A stretch of DNA of 64,000 nt from a candidate division CPR2 bacterium GW2011_GWC2_39_35 (GCA_000995065.1 LBWX01000002.1:159708-223707), one strand, 5' to 3'. Positions 9,766 to 18,772 are shown, numbered from the stretch's first letter. The notes: generated from the letters alone by a model not told the origin. A program made the numbers and translations.

Positions 9766-10179
9766 ATGGATGAAATTTTAAGAAAAATTGGCAGCATCGA
9801 TGAAGGTGTATTCGCTATTTTTGTAAACGACAATAAAGAGATTCTAAAAGGTTTTCGAAATTATCCGAGTGGCTCTGTCTGGACGGATCCAGGCGGCCGG
9901 TGTTCGGGAGACGAAACTCTTGAATCGACCTTAAGAAGAGAAGTGTTTGAGGAAATAGGAATAAGGGATTTTGAAATAAGAGACTATCTAGGAAAATTTG
10001 AGGGCGGCTTTACGGATGTTTGGGTTTATATGTTTTATTGCCGAACTCGTGAGGAGCCGAGAAACATGGAACCGGACAAATTTTCAAACTGGAAATGGAT
10101 GGGAATTCAAGAGTTTACAAAAACAAGCGTTGGTAAGGAATATATGGAATGCGTCAAAAAGCTGATACAAGACCTGTAA
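9766..10179 (+). CDS. NUDIX hydrolase
   Basis: Nudix box DPGGRCSGDETLESTLRREVFEEIGI. About 137 aa, a typical minimal Nudix fold. Confidence 0.6.
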   Translation: MDEILRKIGSIDEGVFAIFVNDNKEILKGFRNYPSGSVWTDPGGRCSGDETLESTLRREVFEEIGIRDFEIRDYLGKFEGGFTDVWVYMFYCRTREEPRNMEPDKFSNWKWMGIQEFTKTSVGKEYMECVKKLIQDL

Positions 10180-10334
10180 AACTATTGAGTCTTTAAGTAA
10201 ATTAATAGATTGTTTATTTATGCCTTTAGGTTACAAAAACAGCCACTCTTTTAAAAGCAAGATCGACAGTTTGAAGGCAAATATTTCATAAGATTGCCAG
10301 AAGCATTTTATGAGGGAATCGTTACAATCTCGAT

Positions 10335-11567
10335 ATGAGAACGGTTAATCCTCCTCCTAAATCTTTTAAAAGATATAGAAAAGTTATACTTCCGGAATTT
10401 TATGAAGAGATTTTAGAATTAGCGAGTTCACTGCAAGATACTCGCATAATTTATGTTAATTCTACGTCTTATGGCGGCGGCGTGGCCGAGATTTTAAGAA
10501 CCCAAATCCCTCTCCTTAGAGATTTGGGTATTGATGCGGTCTGGAAAGTGATGGCGGCTGATCCCGGTTTTTTTGATGTTACCAAGGCAATACATAACGC
10601 TCTTCAGGGAAATAAAGACATCAACCTTTTGGAGTCCTCGAAAGATATTTATGAAATTACAAATGCGATTAATGCAAGGATTCTAAGCGCCAGTGACTGG
10701 GACATTTTATACATTCATGATCCACAGCCTTTGGCAATCCCTCTTTATCTTAATGGCAAAGGGATAAATGCGCTTTGGCGGTGTCATATAGAGACCAGCT
10801 TAGAGAACGAACAGATCTGGGATTATCTAAATCCTCTGTTTAAAAAATATAGGGCTGCCGTTTTTTCAATGGATGATTATACAAAGGTTGACGTGAAGGT
10901 AAAGAAAAAATTTGTTATTCCTCCAGCAATTGACCCATTATCATTTAAAAACCGAACGATGCCGCAATTGAGGGCTAGAAGAATAATAAGAAAGCTTGGT
11001 ATTGATGTAAAGAGACCGCTCGTCACGCAGATTTCGCGCTTTGATCCGTGGAAAGACCCCTTGGGAGTTATTAAGGCTTACAGACAAGCGAAAAGAGAGA
11101 TTCCCGAACTTCAGCTTGTTCTTGTTGGCTCCCAGGCTAATGATGATCCTGAAAGTTTTATTATATTCGAAGAGTTGGTTCGGCTTTCTAAGCGTGATAA
11201 GGATATAAAAATCTTTGGCAATCTTACTGATTCCCAGGTTAATGCTTTTCAGAGAGCGTCAGACGTCATCATTCAAAAATCGATTAAAGAGGGCTTTGGA
11301 CTTACAGTTTCAGAAGCATTATATAAGGAAACACCTGTTATTGGCGGAAATGTAGGTGGCATTAGAAAGCAAATCATTGAAGGCGAGGATGGTTATCTGG
11401 TAGGAAGCATTAAAGAATGCGCCATAAAGATCGTTGAACTTGTTTCTAACCCAGATCTTAGGTTAGAAATGGGAAAAAGAGGCCGCAAAATCGCTCGTGA
11501 TCGTTTTTTGCTGCCGCGCCTGATTCGAGATGAGCTTCGGGTATTTAAATATTTACTAGCCAACTAA
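10335..11567 (+). CDS. GT4-family glycosyltransferase resembling trehalose glycosyltransferring synthase (TreT-like)
   Basis: N-terminal ...VNSTSYGGGVAEILRTQIPLLRDLGIDAVWKV... and C-terminal GT-B motif SIKEGFGLTVSEALYKETPVIGGNVGGIRKQIIEGEDGYL. Length ~410 aa matches TreT. Confidence 0.6.
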   Translation: MRTVNPPPKSFKRYRKVILPEFYEEILELASSLQDTRIIYVNSTSYGGGVAEILRTQIPLLRDLGIDAVWKVMAADPGFFDVTKAIHNALQGNKDINLLESSKDIYEITNAINARILSASDWDILYIHDPQPLAIPLYLNGKGINALWRCHIETSLENEQIWDYLNPLFKKYRAAVFSMDDYTKVDVKVKKKFVIPPAIDPLSFKNRTMPQLRARRIIRKLGIDVKRPLVTQISRFDPWKDPLGVIKAYRQAKREIPELQLVLVGSQANDDPESFIIFEELVRLSKRDKDIKIFGNLTDSQVNAFQRASDVIIQKSIKEGFGLTVSEALYKETPVIGGNVGGIRKQIIEGEDGYLVGSIKECAIKIVELVSNPDLRLEMGKRGRKIARDRFLLPRLIRDELRVFKYLLAN

Positions 11568-11861
11568 ACTTACGCACCCGGTGCGTTAGCGCAGGCTAGA
11601 CGATAATTATAAAAAGGATAACTAAAGTGAGAATTAGTAAACTAAATGTTGTGCTTCTCCTTTTTCTTTGATTTCGGTAGATGTACTGAGGCGGCTGAAA
11701 TTCGTAGATAAGAGACGTAAGATGTCTCACAATTCCCCCTTTTTTTTATTTTTATTTTTGCTTTAACCGTACATTAACAAGCCATAAATGGCTTTACCTC
11801 ATTTAGAGTTACAAAATCTGAATCTTTAGAGAAAGAAAAATTGTAATAATTATTAATTAAG

Positions 11862-11926
11862 CCTAAACTTCTGGGTAGTCCGGAGACATTTTTTCTCCGG
11901 ACTACCCAGAAGTTTAGGCTGAAGAG
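11862..11926. terminator. Long perfect hairpin (27-bp stem, 8-nt loop) between convergent GT4 gene and histidine-kinase gene
   Basis: AGCCTAAACTTCTGGGTAGTCCGGAGA cattttt(t) TCTCCGGACTACCCAGAAGTTTAGGCT, followed by an A/T-rich run on both sides. Confidence 0.5.
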
Positions 11927-11931
11927 CCTTT

Positions 11932-13341
11932 TTATTTTTGCTTATTTTGAGAAGTCAGCTTGCCTTCATTCTTCGGAAAAGTAATTGTAAATTGAGAACC
12001 AACGCCTTTTATGCTTTCTACCATAATCTTGCCTTGCATCATCTCTATCAGCTGTTTTGTGATCCAGAGCCCAAGGCCGGTGCCGGGGATATTTTCGGTG
12101 TTTTCGTTTCTAATGCGATAAAACTTGCTAAATAGCTGCTTTCTCTCATCTTCATCCATTCCAATCCCGGTGTCTCTTACCAAAATGCTATTCCCTTTTT
12201 CGTTACTTGTAATACCTACTTCTACTTCGCCTTCCTTGGTATATTTTACGGCGTTACCAATAATGTTTATTAAGATTTGCTCAAATTTTGCTTTGTCCAA
12301 ATTGGAAAATAGTGGTTTATCGGCAAAATTTTCCTTAATATGAAGCCCCTTTTCTTTAGCCTGGTTCTTAAATTCTCCCGTAATTTTTCGGCCAATCTCT
12401 AAAACATTTACCTCACTAAGCTCAAGCTTTATTCGATTTTGCTCAATTCGGGAAACATCAAGGAGATCGTTAACCAAATAATTTAAGCGGTTGGTGCTAT
12501 CCACAATTTGCTCGTGCATATTGGTAATCTCCTCTTTTTTAAGCCTCGAAAAATCTTCAACTAAGATCGAGGCATTGCCTCGGATAATGGTTAGGGGCGT
12601 TCTTAACTCGTGAGAAGCGGTGGAAATAAAGTCATCTTTCATTTGATCGACTTCTTTTAGTTTTTCAAACAAAACTGCATATTGAAAAAGACGCGAATTG
12701 CCGAGTATCAGTAAAATAACAGCGATTATTGTTAGGACCAGAACAATTCCGGCAACCGTAACCGTGTTGGCGATATTAATGTCCGCATTCTTGGTGGAGA
12801 CCCAGATATTGGCGAGATAAACCTCGTTGCCATCTTTGTTTACAATTGGGGTACGAACAGCCCAGAGCCTTTCGTCGAAACTAATCTCCTGACCGGCGAT
12901 CTCCATCCTTTTATCGGCTCTCATTTCGGTTGAGATCTCGTTTTTGTCGTACCAGGTGATGGCGAGCATAGTTTTGTCTTGGCCCTCCACTAGCCTCCCT
13001 TTGTCTTCGGGGTTTAAGCTTGCCACAATCTTAAAGTCATCATTTATCTTTTTTATGATCTGAATGTTTTTGACATCTTTAGTAAATTTAGCGTAATTGG
13101 TGATGACTTCTTCTACTTCATTGGGCTCGTCGACATAGTTTAAAAGAGCTACATTTAAACTATGAGCGGCAAGCTGAGCTTTGTATCGTAGCTCTTCATC
13201 AAGATTAACCTGCATTTTTGTAATGATAATGTAGGTGTTAAGAACAATAAGAACCGGAATTAGAATAACGACAAGTAGACTGTAAATCACCTGCTTGTTG
13301 TTTCTTAAAAAGGAAAGTTGTTTAGCTGGTTGTATTGGCAT
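11932..13341 (-). CDS. Sensor histidine kinase (two TM helices, extracytoplasmic sensor domain, HisKA + HATPase_c)
   Basis: H-box STASHELRTPL, N-box NIIGNAVKYT, and G-boxes DTGIGM / GTGLGLWITKQLIEMMQGKI. Confidence 0.8.
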   Translation of the reverse strand: MPIQPAKQLSFLRNNKQVIYSLLVVILIPVLIVLNTYIIITKMQVNLDEELRYKAQLAAHSLNVALLNYVDEPNEVEEVITNYAKFTKDVKNIQIIKKINDDFKIVASLNPEDKGRLVEGQDKTMLAITWYDKNEISTEMRADKRMEIAGQEISFDERLWAVRTPIVNKDGNEVYLANIWVSTKNADINIANTVTVAGIVLVLTIIAVILLILGNSRLFQYAVLFEKLKEVDQMKDDFISTASHELRTPLTIIRGNASILVEDFSRLKKEEITNMHEQIVDSTNRLNYLVNDLLDVSRIEQNRIKLELSEVNVLEIGRKITGEFKNQAKEKGLHIKENFADKPLFSNLDKAKFEQILINIIGNAVKYTKEGEVEVGITSNEKGNSILVRDTGIGMDEDERKQLFSKFYRIRNENTENIPGTGLGLWITKQLIEMMQGKIMVESIKGVGSQFTITFPKNEGKLTSQNKQK

Positions 13342-14596
13342 GTTTTTTTATGTGTTTTTTTGCAAGAATATAAAATAAGGCCGAAACAATAATGGACACA
13401 ATAGAGATTGCAAAAACAATGTAGTAAAGTAGCGGCTGATTCTTTTTGGTGTCCTGTTTTGGTGCTCCCTCGGTATCGGCAGCGTAAGCCTTTCCGCCAA
13501 GGATAAAAACGATCGGGTTACTCTTAGTTTTAATGTTTCCAGCATCGTCTTTAACGGCCACATAAACTTCATGTTTTCCGGAAGCGAGTTTCTTGTCAAG
13601 GTTATAGGTCCAGTTACCATTGGAATCTGTTTTGACGGACACTACCGTTGGTTCGGAAAAAATATAAAGATAGATGGTTGTATTCGGGTCGGCGACACCG
13701 GAGAGGGTTAAGGTGCCATTATCTTTGTTTATCTCCACATTTTTAGTTTCCATCTTATCGCTTACCGGAGCCATTTTTAGATCTTCCGGCAGATTAAGTT
13801 CTGTTGGAGAGTCGGAGGAAATAATTTGGACCGGATTTTCGGACTGACTTCCAGTGCTATTTGTAGCTTTGGTACCCGTGGCATATTCAACCGTATTTGA
13901 AATTGGTACCATATAATAATTGTCCTTAGTGGTTCCGGAAGCGGTCGGAGTGGTAGCGAAATTCGTAGATGAGCTTGTGGATGTACTAGAACTTGCTGTT
14001 GATCCAGAAGCGCCGTCGCCCGAACTGGAAGTTGGTGTTTGATTTGTCGTTGTTGTTGGAGTCTGGGTGGCAGTCCAGTGATTAACTTTTATAGGTACTA
14101 GTACATCGGTCGATGGCCAATCAAAATATGTGATCATAGAAGTAGTATTCAGGCAAAAATAACGGACGTGATATCTCAGGTTATAGATTCCGTTAGGCAA
14201 TTCGATAGTATTGATCCGAGCATTGATGCTGCCGATTCCGTCTAAGTTGTCATCGTAAACTTGAATATTTCCGTATAGTTTGCTGATACCTGCACTATCA
14301 TAGAGGCCATAAATGACATTTGATGGATACGGATTAGCTGACGCTTGATTATACGTATCGGTTGATTTATAAACGTTAATATTCGTTATATTAAGATCAA
14401 AATAATCAGAAGCTTCTTGATTTGAGATAGGGGAATTAACTTTTGGCATAATACAGGCATTTGAAGTACCAGTTGTTATGGTTCCCGTTGTTGATCCTAG
14501 AACTTGAGTATACGCAAACAAAGAACCAAGGGTCACAAATACCGAAATTGTAATTACTTCTAAAGTACGAAATTTGGCGCTTATTTTGTAAGACAT
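13322..14596 (-). CDS. Exported surface protein: signal peptide, Thr/Ser-rich linker, Ig-like domain, C-terminal TM anchor
   Basis: N-terminal hydrophobic signal, T/S-rich low-complexity run (TTTTNQTPTSSSGDG...), Big-like segment TLTLSGVADPNTTIYLYIF...GKHEVYVAVKDDAGN, and C-terminal TM plus KKHIKKH. Overlaps the kinase start by 20 nt. Confidence 0.6.
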   Translation of the reverse strand: MSYKISAKFRTLEVITISVFVTLGSLFAYTQVLGSTTGTITTGTSNACIMPKVNSPISNQEASDYFDLNITNINVYKSTDTYNQASANPYPSNVIYGLYDSAGISKLYGNIQVYDDNLDGIGSINARINTIELPNGIYNLRYHVRYFCLNTTSMITYFDWPSTDVLVPIKVNHWTATQTPTTTTNQTPTSSSGDGASGSTASSSTSTSSSTNFATTPTASGTTKDNYYMVPISNTVEYATGTKATNSTGSQSENPVQIISSDSPTELNLPEDLKMAPVSDKMETKNVEINKDNGTLTLSGVADPNTTIYLYIFSEPTVVSVKTDSNGNWTYNLDKKLASGKHEVYVAVKDDAGNIKTKSNPIVFILGGKAYAADTEGAPKQDTKKNQPLLYYIVFAISIVSIIVSALFYILAKKHIKKHANTTS

Positions 14597-14661
14597 ATTT
14601 TCCTCCTACTTACTATAATATAAGCACCTTTTTAATTTATCAACTCTTAGTGTTTGTATTT

Positions 14662-14862
14662 CTATAACTTTTTCCTGGCATTGTCGATTTCAGTTAAAGC
14701 TTCGTGTAGATGATGAATCGTGCTTTTTATGTTATCCTCTACTTCGCCGCCAAGGCTTCCCACCAAGTCCTGCATATCTTCTATCGAATCTCGGATGTTT
14801 TCGGATTCGTCATCAAGCATTTCTTTGACGTCGTTTATATCCATATTCATTTCTATGGCCAT
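14662..14862 (-). CDS. Small acidic protein (66 aa), unknown function
   Basis: An ORF with a plausible start. Highly acidic helical sequence (DDESENIRDSIEDMQDL...). Lies upstream of the surface-protein/kinase pair on the same strand. Confidence 0.35.
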   Translation of the reverse strand: MAIEMNMDINDVKEMLDDESENIRDSIEDMQDLVGSLGGEVEDNIKSTIHHLHEALTEIDNARKKL

Positions 14863-15362
14863 TTATTTTCACCCCCCTCCCTTTCTTATAAATACTTTAA
14901 GGAACTTAACGCAAAATCAATTAAGCAGATTAGATAAAATTGAAGAAATTGGATTTAAAAAATTTATAAATTGGACATCTGTTTTGAAGTTGAGGTTGCA
15001 CTATTATGAAAGTTCTTTCCCAACCGGTAGAAAAGAAAGACAATCGTTTAATGATTAAGATTGTGGCGGGTATAATCATCGTTTTGATTCTAACAACATC
15101 GTTTTTTACATAAAGATGAAAGATTCCGAGAGACGCTGCGATAGGCTAATGAAATCAAATGAGTTCCTAGGCAAACAAATCGCTGATTTGAGAGCCGACA
15201 ACTCGCTTCTTCGGGAAGACCAATTTATGGCGAAGTCGATCCGATAAGAAGAGCGATATTATTCAGGGCGTAGCTTATCGATATGAGGGAATATATCTTT
15301 AGCTTCATTTACTGCCCGAAAGTGAACTTAAGCAGAAAGCTGACTTTTTACTCTTAGAATTA

Positions 15363-15692
15363 ATGGTAGCAACTGCAAAGCCGGAATATGATCGTAGTAA
15401 GACAGAAGGCTTCAAAAAAACCTTTCGCAGTAAGATAAGCAAATACTGGAAACGCTCAAAAGATACAAGTTATGTAAAAGAAACAAATTTAAGAGAGGAT
15501 CTTATTGATCCACTTTACGGACTCATGATAAACGGTGCGAAAGAAACTGAAGTAGACGATTGTCTTAGTGAACTACAAAATTATCTTTGGCAAACAACAG
15601 CATCTGTTCAGATTGCAGGGACTCCGCATAACGAACGGTATGATGGTGAAGTTGATAAATTAATACGAATTAAACGTGCCATGCCTCGTTAG
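15363..15692 (+). CDS. Hypothetical protein (109 aa)
   Basis: An ORF in an accessory-looking gap. No recognisable motif. Confidence 0.35.
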   Translation: MVATAKPEYDRSKTEGFKKTFRSKISKYWKRSKDTSYVKETNLREDLIDPLYGLMINGAKETEVDDCLSELQNYLWQTTASVQIAGTPHNERYDGEVDKLIRIKRAMPR

Positions 15693-15821
15693 TTATTAAA
15701 AAATGAGGGGGGGCTTCAAATCTTGCCAATTTGGAGCCTCCGGAATTACCAAGCCTATTAATCAAGCACAAAACCAAGTATAATACCTATCTAGGTATTA
15801 TTTTATTTTCCAAGGTTTTTC

Positions 15822-17039
15822 ATGACTAATTTTTCAAGATTCATGATCGCCAAAACTTTTTCGGGGCTTTATTTTGCGATCCCTATTCAGACCATTTTTT
15901 TGTTTAAGTTGGGACTCAGTTTTAACGAGATTATGCTCTGTCAGGCGGCAATGCTTTTTGCGATGTTACTATTCGAGATCCCAACGGGAATTTTGGGTGA
16001 TAGGTTTGGGCGAAGAAATAGTCTGATTATTGGCGAAGCCGTGAATTTGATTTCTTGGATTCCCTGGTTTATGGGCTGGTACATGTATCAAGTCAATTTT
16101 TATCCTTTCGCTCTGGCCTCTTTTTTTATTTACGGCATTATGCTGGCATTTACATCGGGTTCTGATGACGCTTTAATTTATGATGATTTAAAGGCTAGGG
16201 GCAAAAAAGAACTGGCTCAAAAATACTATGGCTATTATCGAGGGGCGGGAGTTTTATCCTTGGGAGTAGCGGGACTTATCGGCGGTTTTATGTCCGTAAG
16301 TCATACACTAGAGTCCTTCTGGCTTTCTTATCTGGCAACTTTTATTGCCCAAATAGTTGGCTTCTTGCTTTTATTCACCGTTCGCGAACCAAAAAGATCT
16401 AACGAAGGCGAGAACATCAAACATAAGCCTGAAAGAGTCTTGAATTTATTTAAAGATGGCTTGAAACTTATTAGAAATAGTCCAAGCCTTAAAAGAATCA
16501 CGATATTTTCGATGTTAGTCGCGCCTTTTTCTTTTATTTTGGCTTCAATTATTCAGCCGTATTATGAGCTAGTTGGGGTGCCTAACTCATGGTGGGGAGT
16601 TGCGATATTTGCGGGATCCGTGCTAACTTTTTTCGCTAAAACTAATGCCTATCGGATTGAGAGCTGGTTTGGGGTAGATAAAGGAATGATCATAGTCACC
16701 ATTTTGCCAGCCATTACGTATGCTTTGATGTCGGTAGTATTTAATCCAATCCTGGCAGTAGTTCTATACGTCTTGACAGATGCTTTTGGCAACTTAAGGG
16801 ATCCCATAATTACAGATTACAAGAATCAACATATTAAGAGCTATAATCGGGCGACGGTATTATCTACAATCTACATTATCTCAGGGGTATATGCGGTCCT
16901 TATTAGGCCCGTTATAGGCAACCTTACAGATTATAGTGTTAGTTTGGCTTTTGGTGTTATAGCGGCTATCTTTATTTTTTCACTTATTTTCTTTCCAATT
17001 AAAAAAGAACACGTTAGGTTTGCAAACGATCTCAAGTAG
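15822..17039 (+). CDS. MFS transporter
   Basis: About 12 predicted TM helices. MFS motif-A-like GDRFGRR between TM2 and TM3. Confidence 0.7.
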   Translation: MTNFSRFMIAKTFSGLYFAIPIQTIFLFKLGLSFNEIMLCQAAMLFAMLLFEIPTGILGDRFGRRNSLIIGEAVNLISWIPWFMGWYMYQVNFYPFALASFFIYGIMLAFTSGSDDALIYDDLKARGKKELAQKYYGYYRGAGVLSLGVAGLIGGFMSVSHTLESFWLSYLATFIAQIVGFLLLFTVREPKRSNEGENIKHKPERVLNLFKDGLKLIRNSPSLKRITIFSMLVAPFSFILASIIQPYYELVGVPNSWWGVAIFAGSVLTFFAKTNAYRIESWFGVDKGMIIVTILPAITYALMSVVFNPILAVVLYVLTDAFGNLRDPIITDYKNQHIKSYNRATVLSTIYIISGVYAVLIRPVIGNLTDYSVSLAFGVIAAIFIFSLIFFPIKKEHVRFANDLK

Positions 17040-17082
17040 GCTATTATTAGATAGTAATACTAACTTTAAAAGTGAGGAATAA

Positions 17083-18003
17083 ATGGAAACAAACGAACAG
17101 CCAATAGCTTCGGAGCGGCCAAAAAGATCTTCAAGCCTGTATATTATTATCGGCATTATTGTTTTGGTAGTGGTTGGAGCCGGGGTTGGCGGATTTTTTA
17201 TTCTAAAAAAAGGTAAAGAAGTAGCCACGTCAGTTGGAACCGGCGCCATCGAAAAGGCTCTCAACGCAAACTGTAAATACGATGATAAAGACCTTTGTAA
17301 GCATCTAAATAATCTTAAAGTCTCTAAGGATATGTCCGGAACCTCTACCTCAACCGATAAAGACGGCAATAAATTTGAATCTACTTGGGAAATGCAGGGC
17401 GAGGATAGATCGCACTTTGTCGTAAGAGATAATGGCAAAGAGACAATGAACATGATTGCCATTGGCGATACCAATTATTCCAAAGATTACACTGACAATC
17501 AGTGGTGGAAGAAGACCGATAAGAAGGAAAAAGATCAGCTTTTAGGCACTATTAAGCCGGATTATGAAGAAAATTTTGAGGATTTAAAGCCCGAAGAAGA
17601 TAAAACTACCTATAAAAAAATTGGTAAAGAATCCTTTGGCAAACTCCAGTGTTTTAAATATCAAGTATTAGATCCTGCGAATACAGATACTACTGAATAT
17701 ATTTGGTTTGATGACAAAGAATACTTACTTCGAAAGTCCCGAAGCGAATCTAAAGACGGCAGTATAGCTGAGCAAACTTACTCTTACGACAAAATAAGCA
17801 TCAAAGAACCATCACCAACCAAAGAAGCCAAATCTGACATGGACATGTTTAATATCGGTACTGTCCCGCAAGTTGATACCCAACAGCTAGAGCAAGAGAT
17901 ACAAAATCAAATGAATAATGCCATAACGCCACCAGTAGATCAAGGAACCGTAGAACCTAATTACGATACGGGTTACGAAGTGCCAACTGAGTCTACTGAG
18001 TAG
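17083..18003 (+). CDS. Membrane-anchored extracytoplasmic protein, unknown function (possible LolA-like/DUF4367-like beta domain)
   Basis: Single N-terminal TM helix (LYIIIGIIVLVVVGAGVGGFFIL), followed by a hydrophilic K/D/T-rich domain with two Cys pairs. Confidence 0.5.
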   Translation: METNEQPIASERPKRSSSLYIIIGIIVLVVVGAGVGGFFILKKGKEVATSVGTGAIEKALNANCKYDDKDLCKHLNNLKVSKDMSGTSTSTDKDGNKFESTWEMQGEDRSHFVVRDNGKETMNMIAIGDTNYSKDYTDNQWWKKTDKKEKDQLLGTIKPDYEENFEDLKPEEDKTTYKKIGKESFGKLQCFKYQVLDPANTDTTEYIWFDDKEYLLRKSRSESKDGSIAEQTYSYDKISIKEPSPTKEAKSDMDMFNIGTVPQVDTQQLEQEIQNQMNNAITPPVDQGTVEPNYDTGYEVPTESTE

Positions 18004-18109
18004 AGCATCATCTATAAAAACCCTTTTCTACCACTTCTTCATAGTAACTTTCTTCAAAGAAAGACAAAAGACATTGTCAATGTTGATTTGGCTAACGACA
18101 GTGTAATTT

Positions 18110-18772
18110 TTAAACGATTATTTTAAGTTCGGTTTTGCCTGTTTCTAAGTCAACTATGGCGAAGGTAGATTGACGGCCAAAGTGGGAGGCAATTTCGCCG
18201 GGGTTTAAAAGTAGGCTGCATTGCCTATTATTATCATCATCCCCCGATCGGGTCGAGGGCGGGCTCTGAAATTGATTCAGGATTCTATCTTGAAAATGGG
18301 GAGATTCTAAATCTTGTTCTAAATGACGAATTGATTGGGATGATAGACGCATTTGCTCATGACATATCATCTTTATCCAGGGGGTATGGGTGTGCCCGTA
18401 AAATACAAAATCATAGGCGCCCGATTGAGCCATGTCTTTTGCTCTTTGGGGATAATGGGTGAATCCGATGGTCTTGCCGGCAAGCTTAATTTCGCCCAGA
18501 TCCCTAAAAACTGTTAAATTTTTGTATTCATTTTGAGCGTAAAATATCTCATCCGGCTCTCTTTCCGCATTTCCGAGGCAAGAAAAGACGTGCAAATTTG
18601 TTTGTGCCAGACGCATGACAGTTTTCTTAGTCGCAATGTCCCCGCAGCAGATGATAGTGTCAATTTTACACTTACTAATTTCTTCTAGAGTTTTATTTAG
18701 TTTGTCCATTCTGTCATGGATATCCGAGATCACGGCGATTTTCATGAGTATAAGTATAGCTAATTTCGGCAA
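18110..18772 (-). CDS. Metallophosphoesterase (YfcE/Vps29-like calcineurin-fold phosphodiesterase) carrying an in-frame ~47-aa repeat-derived insertion
   Basis: VISDIHD, CCGDI, GNAE and YGHTHTPW metal-binding motifs. The segment HEQMRLSSQ...DDDNNRQ interrupts the region between GHTH and the NPG motif. Confidence 0.7.
   Translation of the reverse strand: MPKLAILILMKIAVISDIHDRMDKLNKTLEEISKCKIDTIICCGDIATKKTVMRLAQTNLHVFSCLGNAEREPDEIFYAQNEYKNLTVFRDLGEIKLAGKTIGFTHYPQRAKDMAQSGAYDFVFYGHTHTPWIKMICHEQMRLSSQSIRHLEQDLESPHFQDRILNQFQSPPSTRSGDDDNNRQCSLLLNPGEIASHFGRQSTFAIVDLETGKTELKIIV
18221..18361. repeat. Palindromic dispersed-repeat copy (GTCATYC-type family) inserted in-frame within the metallophosphoesterase CDS
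   Basis: About 50 nt (atcccccgatcgggtcgagggcgggctctgaaattgattcaggattct) is ~88% identical to 26127-26176. The CTGAAnTTGATnCAGGAT module also occurs at 22586-22604. Confidence 0.55.

Noticed and set aside
11575-11605. ACGCACCcGGTGCGT palindrome after the GT4 gene as terminator
   Set aside because: The stem forms only with a 1-3 nt loop and there is no T-tract. The 27-bp hairpin 260 nt downstream is the more convincing terminator.
14710-15058. Overlapping + strand ORFs 14710..14937 and 14720..15058
   Set aside because: They overlap each other and the minus-strand small acidic protein gene. They have skewed S/F/I-rich composition and no start context. They are probably non-coding.
15113-15247. 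44-aa ORF with leucine-zipper-like segment as an IS3 OrfA remnant
   Set aside because: It is too short and too weakly similar to call a transposase fragment. It is kept only as a note inside the accessory-patch finding.
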